The notes under the pieces were generated by a model. The model did not search any database. It was not told the origin of the DNA and saw nothing but the letters and a program-made list of their open reading frames with translations. A stretch of 64,000 nt of DNA from a virus (taxonomy: Duplodnaviria; Caudoviricetes): IMG/VR virus record IMGVR_UViG_3300021376_000006. One strand, given 5' to 3'. This document shows, piece after piece, positions 29,559 through 39,553 of this stretch. The number at the start of each line of letters is the position of its first letter. Position 1 is the first letter of the stretch. Both the position numbers and the translations under genes were made by a program.

Positions 29559-30665
29559 ATGTCATATCGTAAAAAAGGCAACGAGATTTTTGAAAATCTA
29601 TTTGTACTAGAACTAGCAAACAATCATTGGGGCAGTGTGGAACGCGGCCTTAAGATCATTTATGAACACGGTAGCATTGCTAGAATTAACAATGTCAAGG
29701 CTGCAATTAAACTACAGTTTAGAGATGTTGATGAGTTTGTGCATCCTGAGTTCAAAGGCGATCAGGATAACAGATATATCAAGAAAACCGAACAAACCAA
29801 ATTAAGCAGGGATGATTTTGCTGTTATGGTTAACAAGATTCGGGACATGAGCTGTATTCCAATGAGTACTCCATTTGACGAAAAGTCGGTGGACCTTTGT
29901 CTTGAATTTGATATGCCAATTATCAAAATTGCTTCTAGCGATGTCAACGATTGGCCGCTGATTAGCAAGATTGCTAGTACACGCCGTCCAACAATTATAA
30001 GTAGCGGCGGTGCCAGTGAAAAAGATCTGGATGATATTGTTGCTTACTTTGCCAAACGCGATATTCCGCTAGCAATCAATCATTGCGTTAGTTTATATCC
30101 TAGCGAGGACAATGAGCTAGAACTAGATCAAATTGATTACCTACGCAATCGTTATCAGGATAATGTAATAGGTCTAAGCACACACGAATATCACGATTGG
30201 TCATCCAGTATGTTAATTTCATATGCCAAAGGTGCTAGAACTTGGGAACGTCATATTGATATCGACTACAATGCAGTTCCTGTCAGTTCGTATTGTTCAT
30301 TACCGGAACAGTGCGACACATGGTTTAAAGCATATCACAGGGCAATAGAAATGTGTGGAGGACGCACAACCACACGCCGCGTTATTTCTCGAAAAGAGAC
30401 AGAATATCTGGATCAATTGGTTCGAGGTGCTTATGCTCGTAGAAATTTAGAGCCTGGTTACCGGATTCACAAAGATAGTTTTGAAAAAGACTTTTACCTT
30501 GCCATTCCTCTACGCAAAGGTCAGCTCAGTTGCAGAGAAATCATGAACGGCGAAACACTTACGCAGGCAATACAGGCAGACGAGCCGTTAACAATTGATC
30601 ATATCGACGGACCATATGCAACCAATTCAACTCTTAAAAATTTAATTAAAAATCGCGGATTATGA
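29559..30665 (+). CDS. N-acetylneuraminate synthase (NeuB) family with SAF-like tail
   Basis: ELANNH, KIASSD, HCVSLYP, GLSTHE, ERH. Confidence 0.85.
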   Translation: MSYRKKGNEIFENLFVLELANNHWGSVERGLKIIYEHGSIARINNVKAAIKLQFRDVDEFVHPEFKGDQDNRYIKKTEQTKLSRDDFAVMVNKIRDMSCIPMSTPFDEKSVDLCLEFDMPIIKIASSDVNDWPLISKIASTRRPTIISSGGASEKDLDDIVAYFAKRDIPLAINHCVSLYPSEDNELELDQIDYLRNRYQDNVIGLSTHEYHDWSSSMLISYAKGARTWERHIDIDYNAVPVSSYCSLPEQCDTWFKAYHRAIEMCGGRTTTRRVISRKETEYLDQLVRGAYARRNLEPGYRIHKDSFEKDFYLAIPLRKGQLSCREIMNGETLTQAIQADEPLTIDHIDGPYATNSTLKNLIKNRGL

Positions 30666-32512
30666 GACTAGCTGATTATGTGGCACAAAGGTGTGTGGAT
30701 GCAGGCGCTAGGCATACCTTTTTAGTTACCGGAGGTGGTGCCATGCATCTTAACGATGCTTTTGGGCGCCATCCCGATATGACCGCAGTATGCTTTCATC
30801 ACGAGCAAGCGGCAGCTATTGCCGCAGAAAGTTATTATCGTATTAATAATCAACTCTGTGTGCTAAATGTAACCACAGGACCCGGCGGTATCAATGCACT
30901 TAACGGTGTGTTTGGTGCTTATGTAGATAGCTGCGGCATGTTAATAGTTAGTGGACAAGTTAAAAATGAAACTTATCTACGCAATTACGATGTTCCTGTG
31001 CGGCAACTGGGTGATCAAGAAGTAGACATTGTTTCAATGGTTCGCCCAATTACAAAATATGCCACTACGTTAAAAGATCCTAAACAAATACGTGAAGTTA
31101 TGGATAAGGCTATATTTCTAGCTACAAATGGTAGACCAGGTCCTGTTTGGGTAGATATTCCAATTGATATGCAAGGTACAAAGATAGCTCCCGAACTGTT
31201 ACGAGGCTGGGATGGTAGCGAGATTGAATTGGGTCTTGACAATGATGTAACTCCGAACACTCGTTTAGAACTAACTGGCACGAGAGATGATCCTGAGTTC
31301 AGTGCCGACGATCTAGTTGAGAGATTGAAATCTGCCAAACGACCAGTTATATATGCAGGCACTGGAGTAAGAATATCAAATAGCCATAAAGAATTTTTAC
31401 AGTTGGTAGAAACATTGGGTATTCCTGTTGTGACCAGTTTCAATGCCTACGACACATTGACCAATGACCATCCGCAGTATGCAGGCCATCCGGGCATGGT
31501 TGGTGATCGTGCCGGTAACTTTGCTGTACAAAATGCCGACTTTGTTTTGATACTTGGTAGTAGGCTTAACATAAGAATGATCAGCTATAACTTTAAAAAT
31601 TTTGCAAGCCGTGCCTACAAAGTCATGGTTGATATTGACCGTGCCGAATTAGATAAACCTACACTAGCAATTGATGAAAAAATAAACATGGATCTCCGGC
31701 ATTTTATTCTCGAAATGTTAGGTAGCACACACAATTATTCAATTCCACAGGCGCACACCAAATATCTTGATTGGTGTCGTGAGCGTGTGACAAAATACGA
31801 TCCTGTATTGTCAGAATATCAACACACATCAGACAGTTTGAATCCTTATTTGTTTTTTAGAGAATTTTTTGATCAATTGGATAACACAGCAATTGTGGTG
31901 TGTGGTAATGGTAGTGCCAGCGTAATTAGTGGGCAAGCCGGTCGACTAAAACAAGGACAAAGGTTTTATTCCAACAGCGGTAATGCCAGTATGGGATATG
32001 ATTTGCCTGCGGCCATTGGCGCCTGTATTGCCAGCAGGCAGCCAGTTTATTGCATAGCCGGTGACGGTAGCATTATGATGAATTTACAAGAACTATCAAC
32101 TGTGGTAGGGTATCGTCTACCGATAAAAATTATCGTGGTCAACAACCAAGGGTATCATTCCATAAAACAAACGCAGCGAGCTTACTTTAGCGATAATGTG
32201 TTTGGTACTAGTCCCCAAGACGGAGTATGCTTGCCTGATTTTGTAGCACTAGGCATTGCATTAGGCATCATGTCACATAGGGTATCTCACATGGATGCCT
32301 GGAATAGCGACATGGTGCAAATGTTGTTAAAAAGTGATTTGCCTGCATTGATTGAAGTCATAGTAGATCCGGATCAAATGTTTGCACCCAAGCTTGCCGC
32401 AAGAAAATTAGAAGACGGTACATTACTGGCACCCAGTTTAGAATACATGAGCCCATTCTTGCCTGATTCAGAAATGGAACAAAATATTATTAAGGATCAA
32501 CATGAACTTTGA
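30662..32512 (+). CDS. ThDP-dependent acetolactate-synthase-like enzyme (YerE-like candidate)
   Basis: HHEQAAAIAAE, TTGPG..N, GDGSIMMN...NN ThDP motif. Confidence 0.85.
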   Translation: MRLADYVAQRCVDAGARHTFLVTGGGAMHLNDAFGRHPDMTAVCFHHEQAAAIAAESYYRINNQLCVLNVTTGPGGINALNGVFGAYVDSCGMLIVSGQVKNETYLRNYDVPVRQLGDQEVDIVSMVRPITKYATTLKDPKQIREVMDKAIFLATNGRPGPVWVDIPIDMQGTKIAPELLRGWDGSEIELGLDNDVTPNTRLELTGTRDDPEFSADDLVERLKSAKRPVIYAGTGVRISNSHKEFLQLVETLGIPVVTSFNAYDTLTNDHPQYAGHPGMVGDRAGNFAVQNADFVLILGSRLNIRMISYNFKNFASRAYKVMVDIDRAELDKPTLAIDEKINMDLRHFILEMLGSTHNYSIPQAHTKYLDWCRERVTKYDPVLSEYQHTSDSLNPYLFFREFFDQLDNTAIVVCGNGSASVISGQAGRLKQGQRFYSNSGNASMGYDLPAAIGACIASRQPVYCIAGDGSIMMNLQELSTVVGYRLPIKIIVVNNQGYHSIKQTQRAYFSDNVFGTSPQDGVCLPDFVALGIALGIMSHRVSHMDAWNSDMVQMLLKSDLPALIEVIVDPDQMFAPKLAARKLEDGTLLAPSLEYMSPFLPDSEMEQNIIKDQHEL

Positions 32513-33584
32513 ACAATTTGCACGAACCATTTCATATAATAATTTTGAAACACTGGATCATAGTAAACCTGTTTGGATATTTGGAGCAGGAGGATTTGCT
32601 CGAGCACTAGGTCAAGTTCTATTAGATGAAGGTTTTCAAGTTTATGGTTTTATTACATCTAGTCCAACCAATACAAAATTACTAGATTTACCCGTGGTGG
32701 ATTGGTCAGAGGTGACATGGGAAAACGTTCAATTGGCTATGGGTGTTTTTAGTCACATGACTTCATACACTAAAATTTTAAACGAAGCTGCTGATGCTGG
32801 ATTCAGTAAAGTTTTTATGCCTTGGGAACTATACGCACAATTTGGCGCTCAACTGGGATGGCGTTATTGGTTGACTCCATTAAATTACATTACAGATAAT
32901 CTTGCAAAAATACAATCGGCCACACACCTACTAGCCGATCAAGAAAGCGTAGATTGTTTGTTGAATGTATTACTATTTAGAACTGGGCAACTACCAGAGT
33001 ACGCGGATTACCGAAGTCAGGACCAACATTACTTTAATGAATTAAGCACTGCAAAATTCAAAAAGAAAAAAATACGAATCATTGATGGTGGTGCCTATAC
33101 TGGAGATAGCTATCAAGAAGCCAAAGAAAATTTAAACATTGATATGGCATATCTGTTTGAGCCTGATCCAAAAAACTTTGGTCAATTGACCCAATCCGTG
33201 GGCGACGATGCTATCTGTTATCCGTATGCACTTTCTGATTCAGAAAAAACAATTGTATTCGCCAGTGGAGTGGGCCCAAGTAGTGCAGCTATTGATCACG
33301 GTAATATCAAAATTGAAGCGTCTAGTATTGATAAACTATTTTCAAACACACACATAGATTTTGTTAAATTAGACATAGAAGGAAGCGAAGCAGATGCATT
33401 GCGTGGAGCAAAAAAACTACTAGAAAAATGCAGACCAGTGATAACCATGGCCTTGTATCATAGACCCGGAGACATGTGGGAATTACCTTTGCTAGTCAAT
33501 CAGTTGGTTAATGATTACAAATTTTACATAAGACAACACGACAACAATAGCTTTGATGTTGTGTTCTACGCAGTACCCAATTAA
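32502..33584 (+). CDS. FkbM family methyltransferase
   Basis: IDGGAYTGD, FEPD, KLDIEGSE, LYH. Confidence 0.85.
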   Translation: MNFEQFARTISYNNFETLDHSKPVWIFGAGGFARALGQVLLDEGFQVYGFITSSPTNTKLLDLPVVDWSEVTWENVQLAMGVFSHMTSYTKILNEAADAGFSKVFMPWELYAQFGAQLGWRYWLTPLNYITDNLAKIQSATHLLADQESVDCLLNVLLFRTGQLPEYADYRSQDQHYFNELSTAKFKKKKIRIIDGGAYTGDSYQEAKENLNIDMAYLFEPDPKNFGQLTQSVGDDAICYPYALSDSEKTIVFASGVGPSSAAIDHGNIKIEASSIDKLFSNTHIDFVKLDIEGSEADALRGAKKLLEKCRPVITMALYHRPGDMWELPLLVNQLVNDYKFYIRQHDNNSFDVVFYAVPN

Positions 33585-33586
33585 TT

Positions 33587-34396
33587 ATGAAAATAGCCGT
33601 CCTTGGCGCTAGAGGTTTTGTTGGATCTAGCATAGCAAAGTATTTTGCAGGAGATAATTTAGTTATTCCTGTGACTAGAGAAACATTAAGTTTATTGGAA
33701 CCTGTAGTAGTTGCTAAATGGTTACAAGCCAATCGTTTTGACGTCGTTATCAATGCTGCTACCACTATGAACGATCCTGACTTGCTTGGTGATACTAGAA
33801 ATAATCTAGGACTGTTCATGAATTTTTATAACCATAGAGACACTTTTGGTAAATTCGTAAACTTCAGTTCAGGTGCAGAATTTGATCGTAGAAATGATAT
33901 CGATCAGTACAGCGAAAAAAATATTTTTACGGTATTGCCTACGGACAGCTATGGATTTGGCCAAAACATGAAAAGCAGAATTTCGTGGGATACTCCAAAC
34001 TTTTATACTATCAGAATTTTCAACTGCTTTGGTAAAGGCGAAATCGTTACAAGAATATTTCCAAAACTACTACAGGCCGTATCAGGACAACCGATAAAGA
34101 TAACCAATGATCGAGAGTTTGATTATTTTGGCATTAGAGATCTTTGTAGATTGACTGATTATGTAGTTCACCATTCACCGGCAGCTAAAGATATTAATGC
34201 TGTATACAATACCAAATACAAAATAAGTGAAGTATTAGATCAATTTTGTACACTTAATGATTTAGATAAAAATTATATAATTGAATCGACGGGTGGTCCT
34301 AGATACACAGGTAGTGGTAGAATTTTAAGTGAACTTCCTGTACAATTGTTAGGATTACAACATGAACTTAGATATTACAATGAACCCTTATATTAA
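33587..34396 (+). CDS. NAD-dependent epimerase/reductase (extended SDR)
   Basis: GARGFVG, SSGAEF, YGFGQN, RIFNCFG. Confidence 0.8.
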   Translation: MKIAVLGARGFVGSSIAKYFAGDNLVIPVTRETLSLLEPVVVAKWLQANRFDVVINAATTMNDPDLLGDTRNNLGLFMNFYNHRDTFGKFVNFSSGAEFDRRNDIDQYSEKNIFTVLPTDSYGFGQNMKSRISWDTPNFYTIRIFNCFGKGEIVTRIFPKLLQAVSGQPIKITNDREFDYFGIRDLCRLTDYVVHHSPAAKDINAVYNTKYKISEVLDQFCTLNDLDKNYIIESTGGPRYTGSGRILSELPVQLLGLQHELRYYNEPLY

Positions 34397-34535
34397 CCAA
34401 TTATTTGATTTAACAAACAAACACGTTGTTGTAACTGGTGCCGGTGGACATTTGTGTGGTGCTATGGCTAGCGACGCTGCAAGTGCAATTACTAGTCAAA
34501 ATATAAATGTTGATTGCGGAGTTTTACCACAATAA
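34380..34535 (+). pseudogene. Internally deleted short-chain dehydrogenase remnant (51 aa)
   Basis: SDR N-terminus (LFDLTNKHVVVTGAGGHLCGAMA) fused in frame to SDR C-terminus (SDAASAITSQNINVDCG). Confidence 0.7.
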
Positions 34536-35275
34536 TGTACGTTCAATTGACTTGTCCGTGCTGCGATGCTCAAACAACTTCTCAACCTGCATACTTTTCG
34601 CAGTTTGTGGTATGGCGTGCTACTGGAACTAAACCTGAATGCAATCAACCTACTCAGTTAGGTCATTGCGAAAATTGTGATTTTTATTTTTCAACTACAC
34701 GATTTGATGATGTAGAATTAGATAGATTATATGCGGGCTACCGAGATGAGACATATAATCGCCAAAGACAAGAATGTGAACCTAATTACAAACTTGATGT
34801 TTACTCCACTGAATATATTCAACAAAGAAAAGATTTTATTACTGCTGTAATCAACCAACATGTGAACAATCTAACTTCTGTATTAGATTATGGCGGAGAT
34901 GACGGAACATATATTCCAGATGTGCCTATTAAATTTGTATATGATATTAGTGGTGTAAATCCAATTCCAGGTGTGCATCAGTATCATTTAAGAAATTTTG
35001 ACAATTTTGATTTGGTTATGAGTTGTCAAGTGTTAGAGCATGTTTCTAATATTGATGAATTAATAGATCAATTAAAATCAAGAACAAAAAAATATTTGTA
35101 CATTGAAGTACCAGCATATTGTGTACCACCACCAGAAAATATAATTATAGGTGAGCATATTAACTTCTTTAGAGAACAGTCACTTCACGCACTGTTAAAT
35201 AAACACAATATCAATATAGTAGATACCGCAGTTGATTATGATTTACGGGTATTAGCAGTTCTAGGAAAAATATGA
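34535..35275 (+). CDS. Class I SAM methyltransferase with N-terminal Zn ribbon
   Basis: CPCC...CENC, LDYGGDDG, QVLEH, EHINFF. Confidence 0.8.
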   Translation: MYVQLTCPCCDAQTTSQPAYFSQFVVWRATGTKPECNQPTQLGHCENCDFYFSTTRFDDVELDRLYAGYRDETYNRQRQECEPNYKLDVYSTEYIQQRKDFITAVINQHVNNLTSVLDYGGDDGTYIPDVPIKFVYDISGVNPIPGVHQYHLRNFDNFDLVMSCQVLEHVSNIDELIDQLKSRTKKYLYIEVPAYCVPPPENIIIGEHINFFREQSLHALLNKHNINIVDTAVDYDLRVLAVLGKI

Positions 35276-36213
35276 GCAAAATTGTATATGTAACTGGTTG
35301 TTTAGGTTTAATTGGCGCAGAAGTAACTAGAAAATTATTAGCCGAAGGTAACTATGTGCTAGGTGTAGATAACGAGACCTATGCAAGTAATCGCAATTTC
35401 TTAGATGAATTTCAACAAAATTTACGTTTTAAATATATCAAATCCGACATCAATAACCTCGAAAGACTAGTTGATTGCGACTATGTAGTTAATACAGCAG
35501 CAGAAACACATGTAGATAACAGCATTGTTGGCTCAGATGTATTTCTAAAGAGTAATGTAAACGGCGTACACAATTTACTTAATCTTATTCAACAGAAAAG
35601 CAGATTTAAAATGCCCACCTTGATTCATTTCAGCACAGACGAAGTGTATGGCGATATAGTAAATGGTGCTCATGTGGAAACTGACCTGCTTAAACCTAGT
35701 AATCCCTATTCGGCAACAAAGGCCGCGGCAGACATGTTGGTCCAGGCATGGGCAAGAACTTTTAACATTCCTTACATTATTGTTCGTCCAACTAACAATT
35801 ACGGCATAGGGCAATATGTTGAGAAACTGATTCCAAAGACTGTAAAATATCTACAACTGGATAGAACAATTGATTTACACGATCGAGGTGAACCACGTAG
35901 AACCTGGCTTCATGTCAACGACACTGCTAATGCTGTGAATGTGATTATTCAATCTGGTGTACAAAATGAGATATTTAATATTTCCGGAAACTACGAAGAT
36001 TCAAACTTGAATGTAGTTAAAAAAATATTTAATAACTTTGAAATAACATTTGATTATCAAAAACATATTACCGATCTTGTACGCCCCGGGCAAGATGTAA
36101 GATATTCCATAAATGATATGAAATTAAAGCAGCTGGGATGGCAACCACAAGCCAATTTTGACCAAGAATTAATTAAGATTGTTAAGTACTATCGTCATAC
36201 GTTTGTGTGGTAA
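35272..36213 (+). CDS. rfbB: Second dTDP-glucose 4,6-dehydratase-like
   Basis: AAETHVDNSI, STDEVYG, YSATK, RPGQDVRY. Confidence 0.85.
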   Translation: MSKIVYVTGCLGLIGAEVTRKLLAEGNYVLGVDNETYASNRNFLDEFQQNLRFKYIKSDINNLERLVDCDYVVNTAAETHVDNSIVGSDVFLKSNVNGVHNLLNLIQQKSRFKMPTLIHFSTDEVYGDIVNGAHVETDLLKPSNPYSATKAAADMLVQAWARTFNIPYIIVRPTNNYGIGQYVEKLIPKTVKYLQLDRTIDLHDRGEPRRTWLHVNDTANAVNVIIQSGVQNEIFNISGNYEDSNLNVVKKIFNNFEITFDYQKHITDLVRPGQDVRYSINDMKLKQLGWQPQANFDQELIKIVKYYRHTFVW

Positions 36214-36676
36214 CTTCTTTCCAAGTATAATCACCTAACCATTTTACCTGAGCAATATAGCTGTAATGCTCGGGTGGTCCAGTGGTCCATTCTTTAGGCC
36301 CTTGATGGCATAATCTAGTACGATTTATTTTGCTATCAAAACACAACCAATATGTTTGTCCGTGATAGATTTGAAATTGATATTCAGCTGCATGTACTGC
36401 ATCTGTGATATACAATCTACGTTTGATATCATCTGCTTGTTTTTGTAACACTCTCACCAGGTCCATGATACGATTGTATTCTTGCTCGGCATGCATACGA
36501 GCAACATTGACCATGATGTCTTTTTGTTTTTCTATGGGTATTAAATCAAAGGCAGGACCACCTACTTCGGTGGCGTAAGGAGTGATGTTTTTATTAAAAA
36601 AGGCGACTAATTCGCCGCCTATTTCTGCATCGTAACTGTCTTTGCCTTTGGCAACGTTACTTTTTTTCTTGGCCAT
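36182..36676 (-). CDS. DUF2452-like hypothetical protein
   Basis: PYATEVGGPAF, EYNRIM, G.TYWL, P.EW pattern. Confidence 0.6.
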   Translation of the reverse strand: MAKKKSNVAKGKDSYDAEIGGELVAFFNKNITPYATEVGGPAFDLIPIEKQKDIMVNVARMHAEQEYNRIMDLVRVLQKQADDIKRRLYITDAVHAAEYQFQIYHGQTYWLCFDSKINRTRLCHQGPKEWTTGPPEHYSYIAQVKWLGDYTWKEVTTQTYDDST

Positions 36677-37010
36677 CTGAGGTCTTGATAATTACCGGGC
36701 TTTCAGATTCTGGGGCAGGATTTCTTGTATTTTTTAACAACCAAGCACCATAGTTGATAAATGCTGCAAATGGATAAAATGCTATTGCTAATGAGGCAGC
36801 AACTATAATACCTGCAGTTAGAAAAATTACACTTAAAAGTGTAAACACTGTTTCTAACATTAGATTCCAAAATCCTGCTACTCCGATATCTAATTCAAAG
36901 TGCTTGGCGCAACCAGAGTTATGTGATCTAATGTGCGTTCTAAATGATTCAATTTGTTCTATGCAACGCATTACTAAAATTTGCAACAATCCTCGATACA
37001 AATCAGTCAT
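36657..37010 (-). CDS. Hypothetical membrane protein (start uncertain)
   Basis: Hydrophobic C-terminal half; packed between neighbours. Confidence 0.45.
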   Translation of the reverse strand: MTDLYRGLLQILVMRCIEQIESFRTHIRSHNSGCAKHFELDIGVAGFWNLMLETVFTLLSVIFLTAGIIVAASLAIAFYPFAAFINYGAWLLKNTRNPAPESESPVIIKTSDGQEKK

Positions 37011-37272
37011 ATATTTTGCTCCATTTTTTTAATTTGATTTCTTTGGCCTGTACAGATTGATTTATACCTTGTTGTGTTACAACGCCATATTCTGTTAATA
37101 AATTTATCATACAAATTAAATCGCCAATTTCCATTTCAAGTTTAAGTTGATGTGGCATTCCGTCTTTGTGCAACTGATTGATTCCAAATCTAAAGATTTT
37201 AGAAATTTCTTGTATGACCTCTGCACATTCTTCTTGCGTGATCACAAGAATTTCTCGTTGCTTATCATTCAT
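37003..37272 (-). CDS. MazG-like nucleotide pyrophosphohydrolase
   Basis: ITQEECAEVIQEISK..RFG, EIGDL. Confidence 0.75.
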   Translation of the reverse strand: MNDKQREILVITQEECAEVIQEISKIFRFGINQLHKDGMPHQLKLEMEIGDLICMINLLTEYGVVTQQGINQSVQAKEIKLKKWSKIYD

Positions 37273-37277
37273 AATGT

Positions 37278-37306
37278 ATTATAGTTGAAATTACAGAGAA
37301 ACTCAA
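37278..37306 (-). promoter_or_regulatory. Sigma70 promoter, probably leaderless transcript
   Basis: TTGAGT-17-TATAAT, ATG 5 nt downstream. Confidence 0.7.
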
Positions 37307-38481
37307 TCTCTTTTTTGTCTAGGAGTAGTATCTTTGTCTCGAGGTTCAGCCAGTCGTCCAGGATGTGTTATTTTAACTCTAGTTTTTTCTGGGTCAAACT
37401 GTTTTAATTCTTTACTACTTACTTCTTGATCTTGTTCACCATTTGGATCGTAATTTTTATCTACAAGATTACCATCTTTATCAACTAATATAGGATTTTT
37501 TTTACCTGTTTTACCAATACCTCTGGACAATGTTACTGCCATAGTTCTAATGCCACGGATTCCGAGAGATTTATTATTCCTGCCTGGATCGTTGCGTATC
37601 AACCAAACCATGGCATGGCTTTCAGGAATATCTTGTCTTGTAGCTATAACAGCATGACATTCAACCCGAACTTGATTGCCGTTTTGCACAAAATGTTCTG
37701 GTTTGAATGTCTGAATAACTATACCACCCCGAGGATTCAAATCGCTACCAAAAATTGCCTCCAAGGCTTCTTGTTCAGTAGGCTCTACAACAATCTCTCT
37801 GCTTAGTCTAAACACCGGGTTATAGGATGGGCTATTTTCTAGTTGAATTAATTCGACTACACCTTTATCTCTTAGTCGATCTATAATGTCTCGAGCCTTT
37901 TGACCAAAGGCAGTATCTGCACTTTCCCATGCTTCAGCATTCAACTTTTTAATACTAATAGGAAGATTACTGTCAGGACTTACCAGAACTACATCAGCCT
38001 TTTTCCTTGCTTTTGTATCTCTGCCAGATATATTAACTTTGTTACAGTTGTTTAATGTCAGGGTTTTTCCCCGCGGATCAACAAAAGTAGTGTGTACGGA
38101 TCCGTATTTTTCAATTACGCTTTGTAATATACCAGCAAGTTCAATTTCATTGGCAACACCTGCACTTTTGTCCCCTTGCTTACCAATATCTTTTACAAAT
38201 AATTTTACCTTACTCTGCCAAAATTCTACATGACCAAGGCTGCTTCCCCCATAAGGACTGTATCTGGCGTCCAAATCAGGATTTGCTGCATTAATAGTTT
38301 GTGGCAGGTCTTGCAAAACTTTCATTCTAAAATCGTCTTTAATTTGTCCGTCAGGAATTTGTACAAGCACAGCTATCTTATTTCCATCAATTTTTAAGTC
38401 TGTATAGCCGTTTTGAGCAAGTATATCCTGAATTTCTTGCTTGGTAGCTGCTTCTGTGAGAATGTTGATTAGTTCGCGCAT
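37303..38481 (-). CDS. Putative PD-(D/E)xK nuclease-like, possibly virion-packaged
   Basis: ANEIEL...KKADVVL...ISIKK; N-terminus MRELINILTE; GTAAATA motif upstream. Confidence 0.45.
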   Translation of the reverse strand: MRELINILTEAATKQEIQDILAQNGYTDLKIDGNKIAVLVQIPDGQIKDDFRMKVLQDLPQTINAANPDLDARYSPYGGSSLGHVEFWQSKVKLFVKDIGKQGDKSAGVANEIELAGILQSVIEKYGSVHTTFVDPRGKTLTLNNCNKVNISGRDTKARKKADVVLVSPDSNLPISIKKLNAEAWESADTAFGQKARDIIDRLRDKGVVELIQLENSPSYNPVFRLSREIVVEPTEQEALEAIFGSDLNPRGGIVIQTFKPEHFVQNGNQVRVECHAVIATRQDIPESHAMVWLIRNDPGRNNKSLGIRGIRTMAVTLSRGIGKTGKKNPILVDKDGNLVDKNYDPNGEQDQEVSSKELKQFDPEKTRVKITHPGRLAEPRDKDTTPRQKRD

Positions 38482-38556
38482 AATAACATATTTACCGGTT
38501 TTTTATATTCTGTTTATTCATGTTGCAGCGCAATAAATACCGTACAAGGAGAAAAA

Positions 38557-38724
38557 ATGAATTTTCAAGGTTTGATAGAACATTTGCACAAACTATTACC
38601 AAAATTTAAAAGTGATTTAGAAATTTATATTGAATCAAAAGACCCAAAAAATGCTGCTGATATAGAGCATTGGTTACAACAGTATAGCTATAAAAAACAT
38701 CAAGACTGGTTTCCAAATGCGTAA
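38557..38724 (+). CDS. 55-aa hypothetical protein, not in the supplied track
   Basis: AAGGAG RBS; ATAAATA at 38533-38539. Confidence 0.65.
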   Translation: MNFQGLIEHLHKLLPKFKSDLEIYIESKDPKNAADIEHWLQQYSYKKHQDWFPNA

Positions 38725-38773
38725 ATTAATTCAAGCTATCATTGACTATCGTCAGAAACAAGCAGACCTATAT

Positions 38774-39553
38774 TTACGCTGTCTTATCAACAGAAATTAA
38801 TCGTTCAATATCTTCTTCTACGCACCGTTCACCATACTGTATTTCAACAATGGTACAGGGATGAGTGAATGGATTTGTCAACTGGTGCCAAGAATTTCGC
38901 GGAACACGCCATTCATCATATTTGCTTAATATTTTAGGTGGATTAGAAAGATCCCCGGGAAGCGCCATGTTAATCATACAAGTGCCTTCAGTAACCATCC
39001 AGAACTCGCTTCGATATTGATGTCTTTGCATACTTAAGGTTTGCCCGGGCATTACGGTAAGAGTTTTAACTTTAGCGCCAGGTATTTCGTTCAAAACTGT
39101 GTATGAGCCCCAGGCTCTTTCGACTTCATATGATCGCCATTGTTTAAGAATATCACTGCTACTGTTTTTTTTATCTTCTCCGCCTACACCAAACACAAAT
39201 TCAATGTTTGTGTCATTGACTGGCATTTCTGGTGTATTTTCGGCTGTTCTATCTCCACCATTGGCAAAAACGATTTTGTCGCCAGGGAACATATCCTTAA
39301 CTTTTCTTATAGCGTCACATGCAGTGCCGTCGCTGTCATCAAATTCAATTACACGATCTACCATGTGTAAGTTGTCTAGAATTGTCATGCGTTCGTACCA
39401 TGTCATGAACGCCCGCCCTTTCTTTCGTGCAAGCCAGGCATCTGAATTTAAACCAACCACAAGCCAATCGCCTAAATGATCACAATGATTTAGATAAGAG
39501 ATATGCCCTGAATGTAGCGGATCAAATCCTCCGGTTGCTAATACAATTTTCAT
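38774..39553 (-). CDS. Cytidylyltransferase-like domain fused to mannose-6-phosphate isomerase-like cupin
   Basis: GGFDPLHSGH, ANGGDR, KKNSSS; RAWG, SMQRHQYRSEFW, EIQYG..C.EEDIER. Confidence 0.85.
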   Translation of the reverse strand: MKIVLATGGFDPLHSGHISYLNHCDHLGDWLVVGLNSDAWLARKKGRAFMTWYERMTILDNLHMVDRVIEFDDSDGTACDAIRKVKDMFPGDKIVFANGGDRTAENTPEMPVNDTNIEFVFGVGGEDKKNSSSDILKQWRSYEVERAWGSYTVLNEIPGAKVKTLTVMPGQTLSMQRHQYRSEFWMVTEGTCMINMALPGDLSNPPKILSKYDEWRVPRNSWHQLTNPFTHPCTIVEIQYGERCVEEDIERLISVDKTA

